Below are positions 13,101 to 25,800 of a stretch of 64,000 nucleotides of DNA, one piece after another. The DNA is from Tubulanus polymorphus. Lineage: Eukaryota > Animalia > Nemertea. The translations under genes and the position numbers were made by a program. The notes below the pieces were generated by a model. That model saw only the letters and a list, made by a program, of their open reading frames with translations. It made no database searches and was not told the DNA's origin. The stretch's first letter is position 1, and every line of letters begins with the position of its first letter. The stretch spans positions 24,484,950 through 24,548,949 of the forward strand of contig NC_134029.1 in the NCBI RefSeq assembly GCF_964204645.1, in the 5' to 3' direction.

Positions 13101-15958
13101 TCTAGGCCGCAGTGAATCGGTGATGGTTTATGCTAGTACACCGCACTGCGGTGTATTGATGTAATTGGTAATTCGTTTTTATCTCTATTGAAAGATGGCA
13201 GCACGTGTCGTACATAGTGAAATATTAGTAACTAACGATACACTGCGCCGCGGTGTGGACACACTATAGTGGTATTCCCGTTATTTAACACACTAGGGTG
13301 GAATTTTTAAAAATTTTCTCCAGCACTATAGGGTATTAATAAGTCAGCACTGAAAGGGTTAAAGGGCAGAAAAGAATTCCAGGTCTCTGTAGAGACCGAT
13401 CTCAACCTATCTAAGATTTCACGCTCATGCTCAATTTGTGATCCCCCTTGTGGTAAACATATGAGTTAAATAATGAATTCTAACCTGTCAACAGCGAATC
13501 TGATCTCTTGAAAATGAGTGCATAATTTCAACACGACGTCCTGAGAGATAAATTGAACCATATCAATTTGACACAAACGATCCGATAGATTACCGATTAC
13601 TATCCATAAATCCTTCCTGAAAAACAGCAGCTCATTATAGACATTCTGATGATATATGGCAGCACATAGCAATCATTCCGTAAACACGGGCCAAGGGCAA
13701 ATCCAGAGGCTGATTTTGACGGGAACACAAAGAAATGAAAGGGGCATACAGTTTTAGCCAAAATTCCAGTGCATTTTCATACAATTTCTACCGACTTAAG
13801 GGATATTAATAAACCTAATCTTGTGCTGTGGACTGATGTTCTATTAGTTTTGGGTGTTTTAGGTAGGATTGCGTCGGGAGCACTAACTCTCCTTGGATTC
13901 ATCCATGCGGTCACTTACTTTATGTGATCGAGAATGAATTGATTTTTCCCGACGTCGCTGTACCACGACTGAACGAAATCTCTCAAAACTAAATCCATTA
14001 TTTCTTGAATCGTAGCGTCGAGATTGTGAGATATAACCACATTGTGTTTGGCGGGATGAAAATTCTGACGGTTTTCCTTAAAAAAGATGAAACGGACAAA
14101 ATTAAGCCAAGGAGATCAGAAGGGGCACATGTTATAGGTAGAGTTGAGTTAATGTTTGTGTCCACGGTTACTTTGCATTCATCAGATCTGATAAAACTAT
14201 ATCATCAGGGGTCGGTTGCATAGTCATGACACTTAGACATAGTCTAAGACCAGTCTAAGACCAACTTAGTTCTATAGCCAATCGAACAAGTTTAGACCAG
14301 CCTTAGATTTAAGACCACGTTTGGACTTAAGTCACGACTGTGCAACTGGCCCCAGGTGTCCTTCCAGCCAAAACATCGTGGTCATAAGTTTTAATAAGTC
14401 AATAAATTATCGATAGAATTTAAAAGATCAATAACTATTTTTGCCACCAAGAATTTTAATCAAAAATACACAACATTTCGAACTCTTACTATAAGAGATT
14501 ATCACCTGACGATGATCTCTAGTGATAGTTTGAAACATTGTGTATTTCTATTTCAATTCTTGATAAATAAAATTCGTTTTTATCATGTAAATTCTGTATA
14601 TAGTGAGTTTTATTATCAGAGTGTACAGGGGCTATATGAGAACGGTGCCGTATTTCTGAATAGCACAATCTCACAGTATTTGTGATCCTTTCGATAGCTA
14701 TTCATAATTCTATTAATTTGCCATTCTATGATTTCAGAACACTATTCTACAATTCTATGAGTTGGCCTGTTTAATAAATGCAGTAAACCTAGTGTTGGCC
14801 TGTTCAACAAACGCAGAAACCCTAGTGTTGGCCTGGTGAATAATCGTAGAAACCTTAGTGTTGGCCTTTACAACAAACGCAGAAACCCTAGTGTTGGCCT
14901 ACTGAATAAACGTAGTTACCCTAGTGTTGGCCTGGTGAATAAACGTAGTTACCCTAGTGTTGGCCTGGTGAATAAACGCAGAAACCATAGTGTTTGCCTG
15001 CTGAATAAACGTAGTTACCCTAGTATTGGCCTGGTGAAAAAACGCAGAAACCATAGTGTTGGCCTGGTAAATAAATGCATAAACCATAGTGTTGGCCTGG
15101 TAAATAAACGCAGTAACCCTACTGTTGGCCTGGTGAATAAACGCAGAAACCCTAGTGTTGGCCTGGTAAATAAATGCATAAACCATAGTGTTGGCCTGGT
15201 GAATAAACGCAGAAACCCTAGTGTTGGCCTGCTGAATAAACGCAGTAACCCTAGTGTTGGCCTGGTGAATAAACGCAGTAACCCTAGTGTTGGCCTGGTG
15301 AATAAACCTTATGTTGGCCTGGTGAATACACGTAGTGTTGGCCTGGTGCATAAACTCAAGAAACCCTAGTGTTGGCCTAATGAATAAACCTAGTGTTGGC
15401 CTGGTGAATAAACGCAAGAAACCCTTGTGTTGGCCTAATGAATAAACCTAGTGTTGGCCTGTTGAATAAACGCAGAAACCCATAGTGTTGGCCTACGCCA
15501 ATTATAGTTTGATAAAGTAAATGGAAATATAAAATGACCACTGTAGCGTATAACAACTGCACCTTTGTTATATCCTGTGATGTGAATCGTGAATTCATTT
15601 TCAATTTTCTATATTTGAGTAAGTTCTTGAAATGAGATTGAAATGTCAGCCTTTTTGCTATCATTGGGATAAATGAGCCTTTTCTATCCCTTTTTTATAT
15701 ATTTCACAATGTTCTTATCGAAGGTGAATGAATACTAACCATCATTTTAACGAGTAACTCTTGCGATCGAAGTTTCCTATCACGTATTTTTGGTTTATGT
15801 TGCGAACTCTTAGTAACCATGGAAATACTGAGCACGATTCCCAATAAACCGACGATTAAACAGAATAAATAGTTTATTACGAGGGACGTTGACTGATAGA
15901 GAATGAACCCTACGACGGGTAGGGTTAATAACAAACACCAGTTCAATACCGAATTCAT
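5640..15958 (-). CDS. SNX25: Sorting nexin-25-like (TM-PXA-RGS-coiled coil-PX-Nexin_C), ~20 coding exons
   Basis: Exon 15958-15740 has two TM helices. PXA: IQEIMDLVLRDFVQSWY (14076-13919), LHPWLVNEQREIEFLR, VLKPMVDVICDPDYINQQL. RGS: FMQYLKKE..FWLGVE..LEEHNYPSFI. PX: GWVISRTLQQFYRLH, SESLYTFLSPSP. Nexin_C: SIAEPLYSLIGEIFEL, FRDSFWPEG. Last exon VLLEIFLIELCPEL with stop at 5640-5642. Canonical GT-AG sites. Confidence 0.9.
6545..6670. mobile_element. Degenerate partial copy of MITE family A
   Basis: aagtggtcttaaatcttaa..cttagactggtcttaagatgttagattggctatag matches the interior of 948-1088. TIRs not seen. Confidence 0.5.
7735..8140. repeat. GC-rich compound minisatellite (~16-nt ccccacagctgtctgg units within larger duplicated blocks), SNX25 intron
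   Basis: Repeated cccacagctgtctggc and recurring agtataaccagct blocks. Confidence 0.8.
8307..8420. repeat. 30-bp tandem repeat, ~4 copies
   Basis: aatgaatcaactgtatcaccagggaaacac repeated. Confidence 0.9.
9064..9156. repeat. 13-bp alternating tandem repeat (26-bp dimer)
   Basis: atccacatggatt / atctacacggatt alternate. Confidence 0.85.
10113..10335. repeat. GA/CT-rich low-complexity tract forming the polypyrimidine tract of an SNX25 acceptor
   Basis: (ga)n and degenerate purine run directly adjacent to the acceptor ctg at ~10110. Confidence 0.85.
11756..12033. mobile_element. piggyBac-like MITE, family B copy 1
   Basis: TTAA on both sides, TIRs ccctttcagtgc / gcgctgaaaggg. Related copies at 13093, 37845 and 55968. 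Confidence 0.85.
12350..12635. repeat. 20-bp minisatellite (ctggacccagttccacagtt), dispersed family C
   Basis: Tandem units. Reverse complement of the arrays at 36108-36192 and 56535-56938. Confidence 0.85.
13093..13358. mobile_element. piggyBac-like MITE, family B copy 2 (left end eroded)
   Basis: Interior matches copy 1. Right end gcactgaaaggg-TTAA is intact. Confidence 0.8.
14209..14352. mobile_element. Harbinger/PIF-like MITE, family A copy 2
   Basis: TIRs gggtcggttgcatagtcatgac / gtcacgactgtgcaactggccc, with CAG duplicated on both sides (14206-14208, 14353-14355). Confidence 0.75.
14760..15495. repeat. 33-bp minisatellite, ~22 degenerate copies
   Basis: gttggcctggtgaataaacgcagaaaccctagt repeated. 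Confidence 0.9.
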
Positions 15959-16501
15959 CACCTGAAAATAAAAACAATCAACGTGTTAAAAACCGATCAG
16001 TTCCGGCGTATGAAAACCCAATACTCTCCTCATCGTTGCCAAGAGTCTCGGGACAAACTGCAACTACCGATACAGATACAGAAACCAGTTAGCCTATTCA
16101 AAAATGGCCGCATCACAGTCGTGCCTGACGACCCCAATAACCTAAGTAGGCTACTGTATATATTGTTCTATTTATAAAGACTGTGATATTTTCATTTATT
16201 CTGAATATTTAGCATCAAGTGAGCATGTAGCTGCGCCCTGCAGCTGAACTGTGACTGAGAGACTGAAAGAGAGTAATTCATTCATAGGTAGCCTAAATGT
16301 ACCAGGGCCAAAATAGGGATTATTGAACTAAGACCGGTATTACATATACAGATGAAATAATGGATTGTTAATGGAGAAATGGAAATGAAACATTGTTTTG
16401 TCACTTGTTACCACTCAAGCAACTTATTCATCATTGAAATTCAATTTGAATTGAATTGATTCACCCAATTTTAAACATGCCCGGCTGAGTCCGTTACTTA
16501 C

Positions 16502-16849
16502 TTCTGTATCTACTTGACTTGAGCATAGAAGAATTGCACACACTGTGAATATTTAACTGCACATTATGGAATCTGTGTGTATAATGAAGTAGGGGACAGA
16601 GGGGGGTGAGTGAGTGAGTGATTGACCCGCCCGCCGTGCTCACTGACACAAACCCGGAAGTAAAATGGAATAAATATATATTTGATTGTATTTGCTGTAT
16701 AGCGGATGCGGAAGTTGATGTTACAGTAATTACTGACATCTGGAGAGACTGAAACTGATAATAGTGGATCTATTACACTACAGCGGCGTCTCAGCTCAGT
16801 GGTTGTCGAGTCGGGCGGTTAGTGAGGCCTCTATGGCCTGGTAGTGATG
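16502..16849. promoter_or_regulatory. Probable bidirectional promoter and first exons of SNX25 (-) and the MTUS-like gene (+)
   Basis: Minus-strand donor GTAAGT at 16501 and plus-strand donor GTAAGT at 16850. Between them lie a GC box (cccgccc ~16626) and two ETS-type cggaagt motifs (~16655, ~16709). Confidence 0.6.
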
Positions 16850-19800
16850 GTAAGTTACTCTTCTTGTTAAATGTAGCGGGTGGGGCTGCTGCAGCGGGTC
16901 CAGTCAGGGCCGACCTCCTCCTCTGACTGGGCCGGGTGTTTCTGCTTGTGGATTCACCAACGGTGACAATACAATTAAGTTCATTCAAGCTTAGTCACAG
17001 TAACATGTCTTGTCTGTAGTTTAGTTTCACAATTGGATATTTTCTCAAACGTTGGTTGTTAGGCTAGACCCGATTAAAGCTTACCAGCAATGATTAGCCT
17101 GCCCTTCTACATTCTAGTTATGATTGATATTTTATTGTAATGTGTAGAGATGCTGTAAAGTGATGTTGCTCTTGTTTCTGGGTCCCAGCCTCACTCAGTA
17201 AGAGCTACACTACTCAGACTGTCCACTGAGACCTGCTATCAGTCAGTTTTACACTTCTCAAGCTAGAACCTAGGAACCAGGAGAGGCTGGCACTGGGCAG
17301 TGCTGTGAGGGGAGAGTCATGCTGTGCTGTTAAATCATTGTTTTTGTGTAAATCTTTACTGGAAGGGACAGGGGTACCCCATCACAGAACTCCAAATTAA
17401 TAATGAAAATCAATATTCTAAAGTTGAACTGTTTACATTTGGGCAAGAGTTAATTTGATGAATAATTTATAGATTTATTGGTCAGGTCAATTATCACCGG
17501 TCAAGTGGGTATAATATTTGAATTATTAAATAGACTGACCGATGTACTGACCACTGTGCAGTAGGTACCAGATAGCAGGTCACCTTCTTTTAGTTAGAGG
17601 AATAAATATTGACAATCAGGAATTCACTGCAAATGTTTATAGGCCTTTAAAAGAATGTCGGTAAGATAACATTTATTTTTTTATGTCTTACCTTAGTTTC
17701 ATATATTTCTAGAGATATTTTGATAAGAATGTTTATGTTTTTAAACCCACACTGTCTGACATGATGACTGGACACAGGGTTTTTACCGCTGTTATCAGTT
17801 CTTACTCGGTTCGTAATAGAATTTGTAGAGGTCGTTATGATATTTCTTGCAGTACTGAACTTTAGACCTTTAGGTGTCAGTATTTAATCAATAGAAACAG
17901 ACATATAGGTAGTCTATAGCGAGGCCTTTAGTTGCTATTGTGCGTCTATGAATGAAAAGGAACTCACTTGTTTATTTCAATAATTCTTCATTTGAATTAC
18001 CAGTAACTGATCTTTTCAACGAGATATTCAATTTTCTTATTGACTGACTGTGTGTTCTGGCTTGTTTTTCTGTAAGAGCGTTCAGCAGTACACGCGCTCA
18101 GTGTTTCTCTTCGGAATTTATTTTTAACGTAGATTTGTATCTGATAAAAACTGTTTGAATTTAGTAAGTATCTCTTTCATAGAATCAATGATGATAGGTC
18201 GAGCTTTGAGATGGTTTAACTAGTAGGTCTAGTGTTGAGATGTATTATCTAGGTCTAGATTGGAGATATAGGTCGAATTTTGAGATAATGTGAATTTGAG
18301 ATTCTACTAAATAATTTTAAGATCTAATTTGTAGTGAATCTTGTAAATGGTTGTGAGATAAGTCATCACATCACTTTGTAAGTCGTGACTCTATATTTTT
18401 TGAGTCCCTAATTTGTATTTCTGATTCAATTTACTAAGTGTGTAAGTCAAGTTCTAATGATCCTCACAACTGCAATGATCCGAAGCGCTAGTAACGCTGT
18501 ATTTGAATTCTTTGTTTTATCATGAATCTGTGTGTGCCACTGGGGTGTGCTCTGCGGGCGGTGTGCCACTGGTGTGTGCCACCGGCAGTGTGCTGCTGGG
18601 GGTGTTAAGCTTAGCAATAGAATGTCGAATGCTGTATAGATGACAAATCTGTATATGGTTGAGATACTGATAAGTCTGTAGATGGTTGAGATACTGATAA
18701 GTCTGTATATGATTGAGATACTGATAAGTCTGTATATGGTTGAGATACTGATAAGTATGTATATGGTTGAGATACTGATAAGTCTGTATATGGTTGAGAT
18801 ACTGATAAGTCTGTATATGGTTGAGATACTGATAAGTCTGTATATGGTTGAGATACTGATAAGTCTGTATATGGTTGAGATACTGATAAGTCTGTATATG
18901 GTTGAGATACTGATAAGTCTGTATATGGTTGAGATACTGATAAATCTGTATATGGTTGAGATACCGGGGAAGCTGCCTTCTCCTTGAGATCAATACATTC
19001 TACTGCCACTGCTGTACTGCGTGGTAACCATGGCTACAAGTACTGCTGGTATTTTAACCACTTGTTGATAACATGTGTCTATTTACTACAACACAGGAGT
19101 GAGGAGCAGGCACTGGCAGTGGAGGGGAGTAGATCTCACTTTTTACTGATATGCTTCACCCTCTCCCCTCACCTGCATCACCCCCCCCCCCCCAGCAGCA
19201 GCAGCAGCAGCAGCAGCAGGTTATTCTCTCATGATTAAACTACAGATTCTTATCCTCTATTTTAAGCTCACACTATTGAGGTAAACAATTTATTAGATTA
19301 AATTCCGACCGTTGGTTTAGTTTTTATCATTGAAATATTTCCACTCTACGTTTCATCGGTTCAATCATCTATGCGTCATAATGGAATGGTTTCTATGGCA
19401 ACTGGTTTTTATCGGGTATCTGAGATTCTATCTTCGAGTCACCCTCTCTCCCCTCTCCCTCTCTCCCCCTCTCTCCCCCTCTCCCTCCCCTCTCCCTCCC
19501 CTCTCCCTCTCTCCCCTTACCCCCTCTTGCTGCTGGTTCGTGCTATAGATTGTATTGTTGTTATTATTTAAAGTGTTATGGAATTTTTAGGTCAAGTCTC
19601 TGAATAATTGAATTCAATACAGGTTGTTATAGGAATGTGGTTTTAGCCCTGGTTGAATTACCTAATAATAGAAATCATAGATTCATATTGTTAAATTGAT
19701 GATATGAATTGAGTAGTGATAAGAGTTTCTCTGTATTACAGGTAAGAGATTTTTAACCCTCTCATCGCTCGCTCACTGGTGACTGGTTATACATGTGTTG

Positions 19801-22800
19801 TGTTGTTTGAACTGTTTTTTAAAGAGAATTCCACATGGTATCCCGAGCCCCATTTCTGTCATGTTTGTACAGACTTTTTTGTACACACATTTTTTTTCCT
19901 GTTTGCTTGGACATTTTTGGTCCTTTCCATGCGAGCTTTTGGTGCTCTCCGTGCGAGCTTTTGGTCCTGTTCACACTGTAAGATTGTTGTTTTAGTTGAA
20001 GACTAACGGTACACAGTGACAGTACTGTATAACACTGGTTCGTCATGTACTCTCTGAATTATTTACGCACATTAAATATTTAGTTGTGTTTACACTTAAA
20101 CAAATCCCTGTCTTCAATGAGACTCACTGGGTCTCACTCTCTTATACTACTGCAATCTATATTGAGATTTTTATTATCCGCTGTATGTAGGAGACAGTCA
20201 GTCTGTCTCTCCCTGTCTCAGACACCCTCTCCCCCTGTCAGTCTGTCTCAGACACCCTCTCCCCCTGTCAGTCTGTCTCTCCCTGTCTCAGACACCCTCT
20301 CCCCCTGTCAGGCTGTCTCTCCCTGTCTCAGATACCCTCTCCCCCTCCCCCTATCAATCTCCTCTGGGATGAGATACTGTAATTGAGTGGTAGATATAAA
20401 TCTGATGTAAATTCTCTTGTGATATTTTCAGGATTTAGCGGATATTAATCAGACATCTGACTCTGGCAAGCAGGCATCCGACTCTGGCAAGCAGGCATCC
20501 GACTCTGGCAAGCAGGCATCCGACTCTGGCAAGCGAAGATCATTTCTACTGGCTCCGAAATCGTATAAAACTCAAACAACGACCGACGAATCGACGACGA
20601 CTCTTCGTAAAGAGAAATCAGATAGTGGGATTATACCACCGGCGCCATCTAGATCATCGGGAATACCGACATCGAGATCGGATTCCAGAATTAAAAATAC
20701 TAATAAATCATCAACGACGACTAGCAATGTACGATCAGGAATCCCGAAACCACCGGGCACCGGTAACCAACAACGTAGACCTGAATTACAGTTCACTGAC
20801 GGTTTAAATAAAACAACTGATCAACAGTCAGACTCATCCGTGCCCGTACCCGCATTCGTGCCCATACCTGTGCCTGCATCCGTGCCCTCATCCACACCTG
20901 TGCCCGGGCTCGTGCCCGCGCCCATCACTGTGCCCGCATCCGTATCCGTACCCACGCCCGAGCCCATCCCTGTGCCCGCATCCGTACCCACACCCGCGGT
21001 GGAGGATAATTCAGACATGGAAGCACCGTGTTTTAAACAGGGTGATTATATTTGTATTTCCGGCGTCAAATTTGGAATCGTTCGTTATTTCGGAAGAGTT
21101 CATTTCGCGGAGGGGTTGTGGTGCGGTGTAGAGTTACGCGAACCGGATGGACGTCATGACGGAACAATAGAGGGCGTTAGTTACTTCAACTGTCCGGTGA
21201 ATTGCGGTATATTCGCGCCGGCGCAGAAAGTTCAACTGTTCGCAGCGCCGGACATCACGTCACAGCCGGACACCGCGAAAAAAACATCGAAACTTAAACA
21301 ACCGAGTAAAATTAAAACGCTGACGGACTCTGTACCGGATCAACCCGTAACGAAGCCGGACTCCGTACCGGATCAACCCGTAACGAAGCCGGACTCCGTA
21401 CCGGACCAACTCGTAACGAGGCCTACGTCAAAATTAGTGAAACCTACAAAAATAGCTGTCAAAAATATTCAAACGTCGAAACAAAATGAAGAAAAACAAA
21501 TGAGTTCGGGATCGAATTTACCGGTCGGGATCAACAAGAAAAACGAGATGATCGCGGGTTGGGTATCAAATATACCGGTATCAGGGATACCTAAACCAAC
21601 AATTAAACCTAAACCTAGTTTGAATTCTACGTTTACTAAAACAGAGTCGACTTCAGGAGTCGACGCCAGTCGAGAAAACTTAAACCTGACATTTACAAAA
21701 GAGAAAACAGTTTTACCAGATTTATTGACTCCATCGGCTTTAATGAAAGATTTCACGGAAGGAGGAGAAGGTTTAATAGAATTCACAGGAACCGACGATG
21801 AATTAATATCTCACGATAGTCGAGATCAACTGATTATCGATAAACTGACTGAAATATCGACGAGTCCTAGTCACGATATCGATACTAACGATATTACGTG
21901 GTCCGCTATCGATAGTTCATCGTCGGAACATCATTCCGATATACCCCCGATAACATCTACCCCCGGTAACAACACCGTTAAAACAACACCAGGTGGCAGC
22001 ACCGCTACGACGCCACCAGAGGCCAGCACCGATCATCTACATAGTACATCGTTAATAGATATCAGTAACGTGGATTTAGATTTAATTCCGAGCGGTGTCG
22101 GAGAGAACGATGAATTAATGACGACCAGTTCAGATACGATTAAATATAGATTGGATGAAACGTACGACGTCACTTCACAGCAGCGAGAACGCCCCCTATC
22201 AATCATCTCTACAACTAGTGTCGATACAGGTATGTAGATTCTCTCACTTTTCTATAGTTGTTGAGCTTAATTTCTGTAGCTTAGCTTCGTTGACATTTAT
22301 TTACGTGAAATTGTTTTTTTCGTTTGTTTGATTTGTTTATTCCAAAATAACAATCTTTGAGTCTGTAGCAGGGTGGATCGATCCTGTATTCCACTATGGG
22401 TGGATTCAGGCTGTATTCCACTGTGGATGGATTCAGGCTGTATTCCACTGTGGATGGATTCAGGGTGTATTCCAGTATGGGTGGATTCAGGCTGTATTCC
22501 ACTGTGGGTGGATTCAGGCTGTATTCCACTGTGGGTGGATCTATCCTGTATTCCACTGTGGGTGGATCTATCATCTGTTCCTCTTCAGTCCAAGCCACCA
22601 TTTAAAAACTGTTCAAGTAAAACCTGAAATCCTGAGCAGTTGATACTACGTAGTTAAAACGTTACTTTGCTTTGAATCTGCTTTCACTGTTTTATTTCTA
22701 AGGCTATCAACCCGATAATGATTCCGAAGCTGGAACAATGACAGTGAATTCCCCGTGTGATGATTGGTCAGAAGTGATAGCAGTGTCGACCAGCACCACT

Positions 22801-25800
22801 ACAACCAGTTCATCATCGATCTATAACTCAGATCATCCTCTACAACAAGCTTATGTTCAGAACTTTCACAATTATCAACAAGGTATCATTCAGCCCCCCC
22901 CCCCCCCCACTACCTTACTCTCCTCTCCTTCAGTTTACGATAAACATTGGTTTGGGGTTTTTGTTTTGATTTATTACAGACCATTCGATATAGTTTTCTA
23001 TTAAGTAAAAATATTGCCTGTGTTAGAAGCAGAGTGTATCAATAATCTCTCTCTCTCTCTCCTGGCACACAATGAAACTAGTTTTTTTTTTCATATGTCA
23101 TATTGTAGTTGTTTCTGGTGTTTTGAGTGGCTCTGTGATCTAACTGCTGTCTCTACCTCCTCCATTCAATAGGCATCCATTGTGTTAATCATTATACTGA
23201 TTATTTCCCCTGATGGAATTCAAAATCATATTATCAATTGGCTGACGTCAGAGACTGGAGCACTTGAGCGCCAAGATTCAATTACTAGACAATCACTCAT
23301 TAAATTAATTTTAATGTCCGCATAGTTGATGTAATTTCTGGTGCAGTTGGTCTTATTTCTGGCCTCAATTTTGGAATTGAAATAAAGAATGTCAAGATGA
23401 GATATATTATGAAGAAAACAAAGGATGAAATACAGGTTAAGGATTATAATGAAATGAGTCCTTCATATTGTATACTATAGATCTCAGTATGCGGTGCTAA
23501 AAAGCCGATCATTTCTCTGAAATAGCACAGCATTGTTTACTACCAGGCAATAGTGAGTTTACGCTTGAATAACGTTTTTTTTCTGATGTATTTTTCCAGC
23601 TATTATGAAACGAACTTTAAACTCGAAACCGGCAGAAAGTGATTCGGATTTATACAGTAGCGATGGCGGTACGATGATCGATGAGAATACTGATCTAGAA
23701 TTAATGTAAGTTTGTATTCTCCTCCTCTGACTCTGCTGGATCAACCAAGTTTATAATACTAACGCACAGTAGACTGTGCTGTAGTCTTGAAGATCTGTTT
23801 ATTGCTGATATGATACCAGTTTAATCATTTTTCGAACCGCATGAAGTATAAGTCATCCAGCTCTCAGTTATCGGACAGATTTTCTTGATCTGAATTTAGC
23901 GCAGTTTTATTACACAGTATTAAACGTGCTTTGAAGGATGAAAGTATTAAGAGTGATGATTGACGAGGGTAGTGGCTGATAGCGAGAGTTCTGCCCTGAT
24001 GTTTTAGAGTGGGTTACATGTTATTGAAATGTTATATGAATGATTATTTTCAGGGAAGATGATGAAAAGTTAGAGGAAGATGAAGAGATCAAAGAGAACA
24101 GCGATACTGAAAGTCAATCCGATAATATCGAAGCTGAAGAAATTAATATTCATGAACTTTCAACACCGGTTATTGAAGACCTACCTGCAATACCTGATAA
24201 TGAGACTATAGATGGAGCTGCGATCGCTACCGATGATGATTTATATAAAACCGATATCGCTGCAGTTATTCTCAGTATTCAAGAAGTTAGTGATGATTTA
24301 AAGGTTGAAGATATTGAAACCTGTGATGGATTGTTAGATGCTGATCATGCTGTTGGTTTGACGAATGCTGGTCATGAAAGTAAAGAAGCTTTGATAAATG
24401 AAGATGTTGAAATCGGTGATCTTGATAGCCGGGAGGTTCGTATTGACAGAGATACCCAGGACATTGATACCAGGGATACCCAGGATGTTGATACCCAGGA
24501 TATTGATACCCAGGAGGTGCCTGATAGGGATACCTTTGAGCTGAATATTGAGGATGGTCAGGTGATAGATATTACTATGAAAAGCCAAGATACTGACATA
24601 GTTGGACAGAAGACTGATCAAAATGGACAAGGGGCAAAGCATGATGGACAAGATGCTGAACAGGATGGACAAGATGCTGAGCAAGTTGGACAAGATGCTG
24701 AGCAGGATGGACAAGATGCTGAGCAGGATGGACAAGATGTTGGTGTTGCCTCCAATGAAACGTTTGATTTTACAAAGAATGAAGATGATTTAAAAGTTAA
24801 AGAAGCTGATCAAAACGAAACTGATTTATCCGTATTGAGTTTGAATCAAGGAATCGTTATAGAAATGATTCATGTCGATACTGACGAAGATGAGGATAAA
24901 AATGAAGAGAAACAGAATGAGGAAATACCAGAAAAACAATCTCAAACCGATAACACAGACAATGTGATTGAGGTGAAGGTCGATATGGATGGCTTGAAGG
25001 TTGAAACAGAAGAGGTGAAGGTCGATACAGATGAGGTGAAGGTCGATGCGGAGATAGATGGTAATAAAAAGCTCGAGGAGACGGAAGGAAAAGAAACGGA
25101 ATCAAAATCCGTAAAAACTGAGAAGAAAACGAAAACAAAACCTCAAACGAAGAAAGTCGTTAGTCCGGTTTCTGAGTATAAAAAACCGAATGTAGGATCT
25201 CGATTAGCGGATTACATTAATAAACCGGCGCCACCGCCTAAACCTAGACCTGAGAGAAAAACACCAGCAACTGTTATTCATCATAAGAAAAAAGATTCAC
25301 CCGATAAAACAACAGTTAAAGATAAAACACCGGTTAAAGATAAAACACCGGTTAAAGAACAACCGCCAAAAATAATAATCAAACGAGAACGACCGAAGAG
25401 TAAATGGGAGATGATCATGTCTAAAATAGAGGAAAATAAAGAGACGGAAAAAGTGAAACCAAAAACTGAAGTGAAAAGTCGTATCGATAAAACAGCACCA
25501 GCGAATAAAGAAACGACTAGTAAACAGACGACTAAAGAGACTAAAACGACTAGTAAACCGACGACTAATAAAGAGACAAAAGCTCCTATAAAACGACGAC
25601 AGAGCGCCCCGATGCCTGATTTCAGTTCCGTCAAAAGTCGTTTAAACATCGATTCATCGAATCAAAAACGTAAATTATCGCTGCATCCGGAGACAAGAAT
25701 TCAGAAAAAAAATCAGGAGAATTTGGCTTCAACTTCAGCAGCAGGAGGAGCAGGAGGAGGAGGAGGAGCAGGAGCAGGGAGCAGATTGAGTTCAGCACGC

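Noticed and set aside
14836-15417. 177/172-aa ORFs
   Set aside because: Translation of the 33-bp intronic minisatellite.
18520-19009. Overlapping repetitive ORFs
   Set aside because: Products of the 27-bp tandem repeat; open in several frames and lacking splice support.
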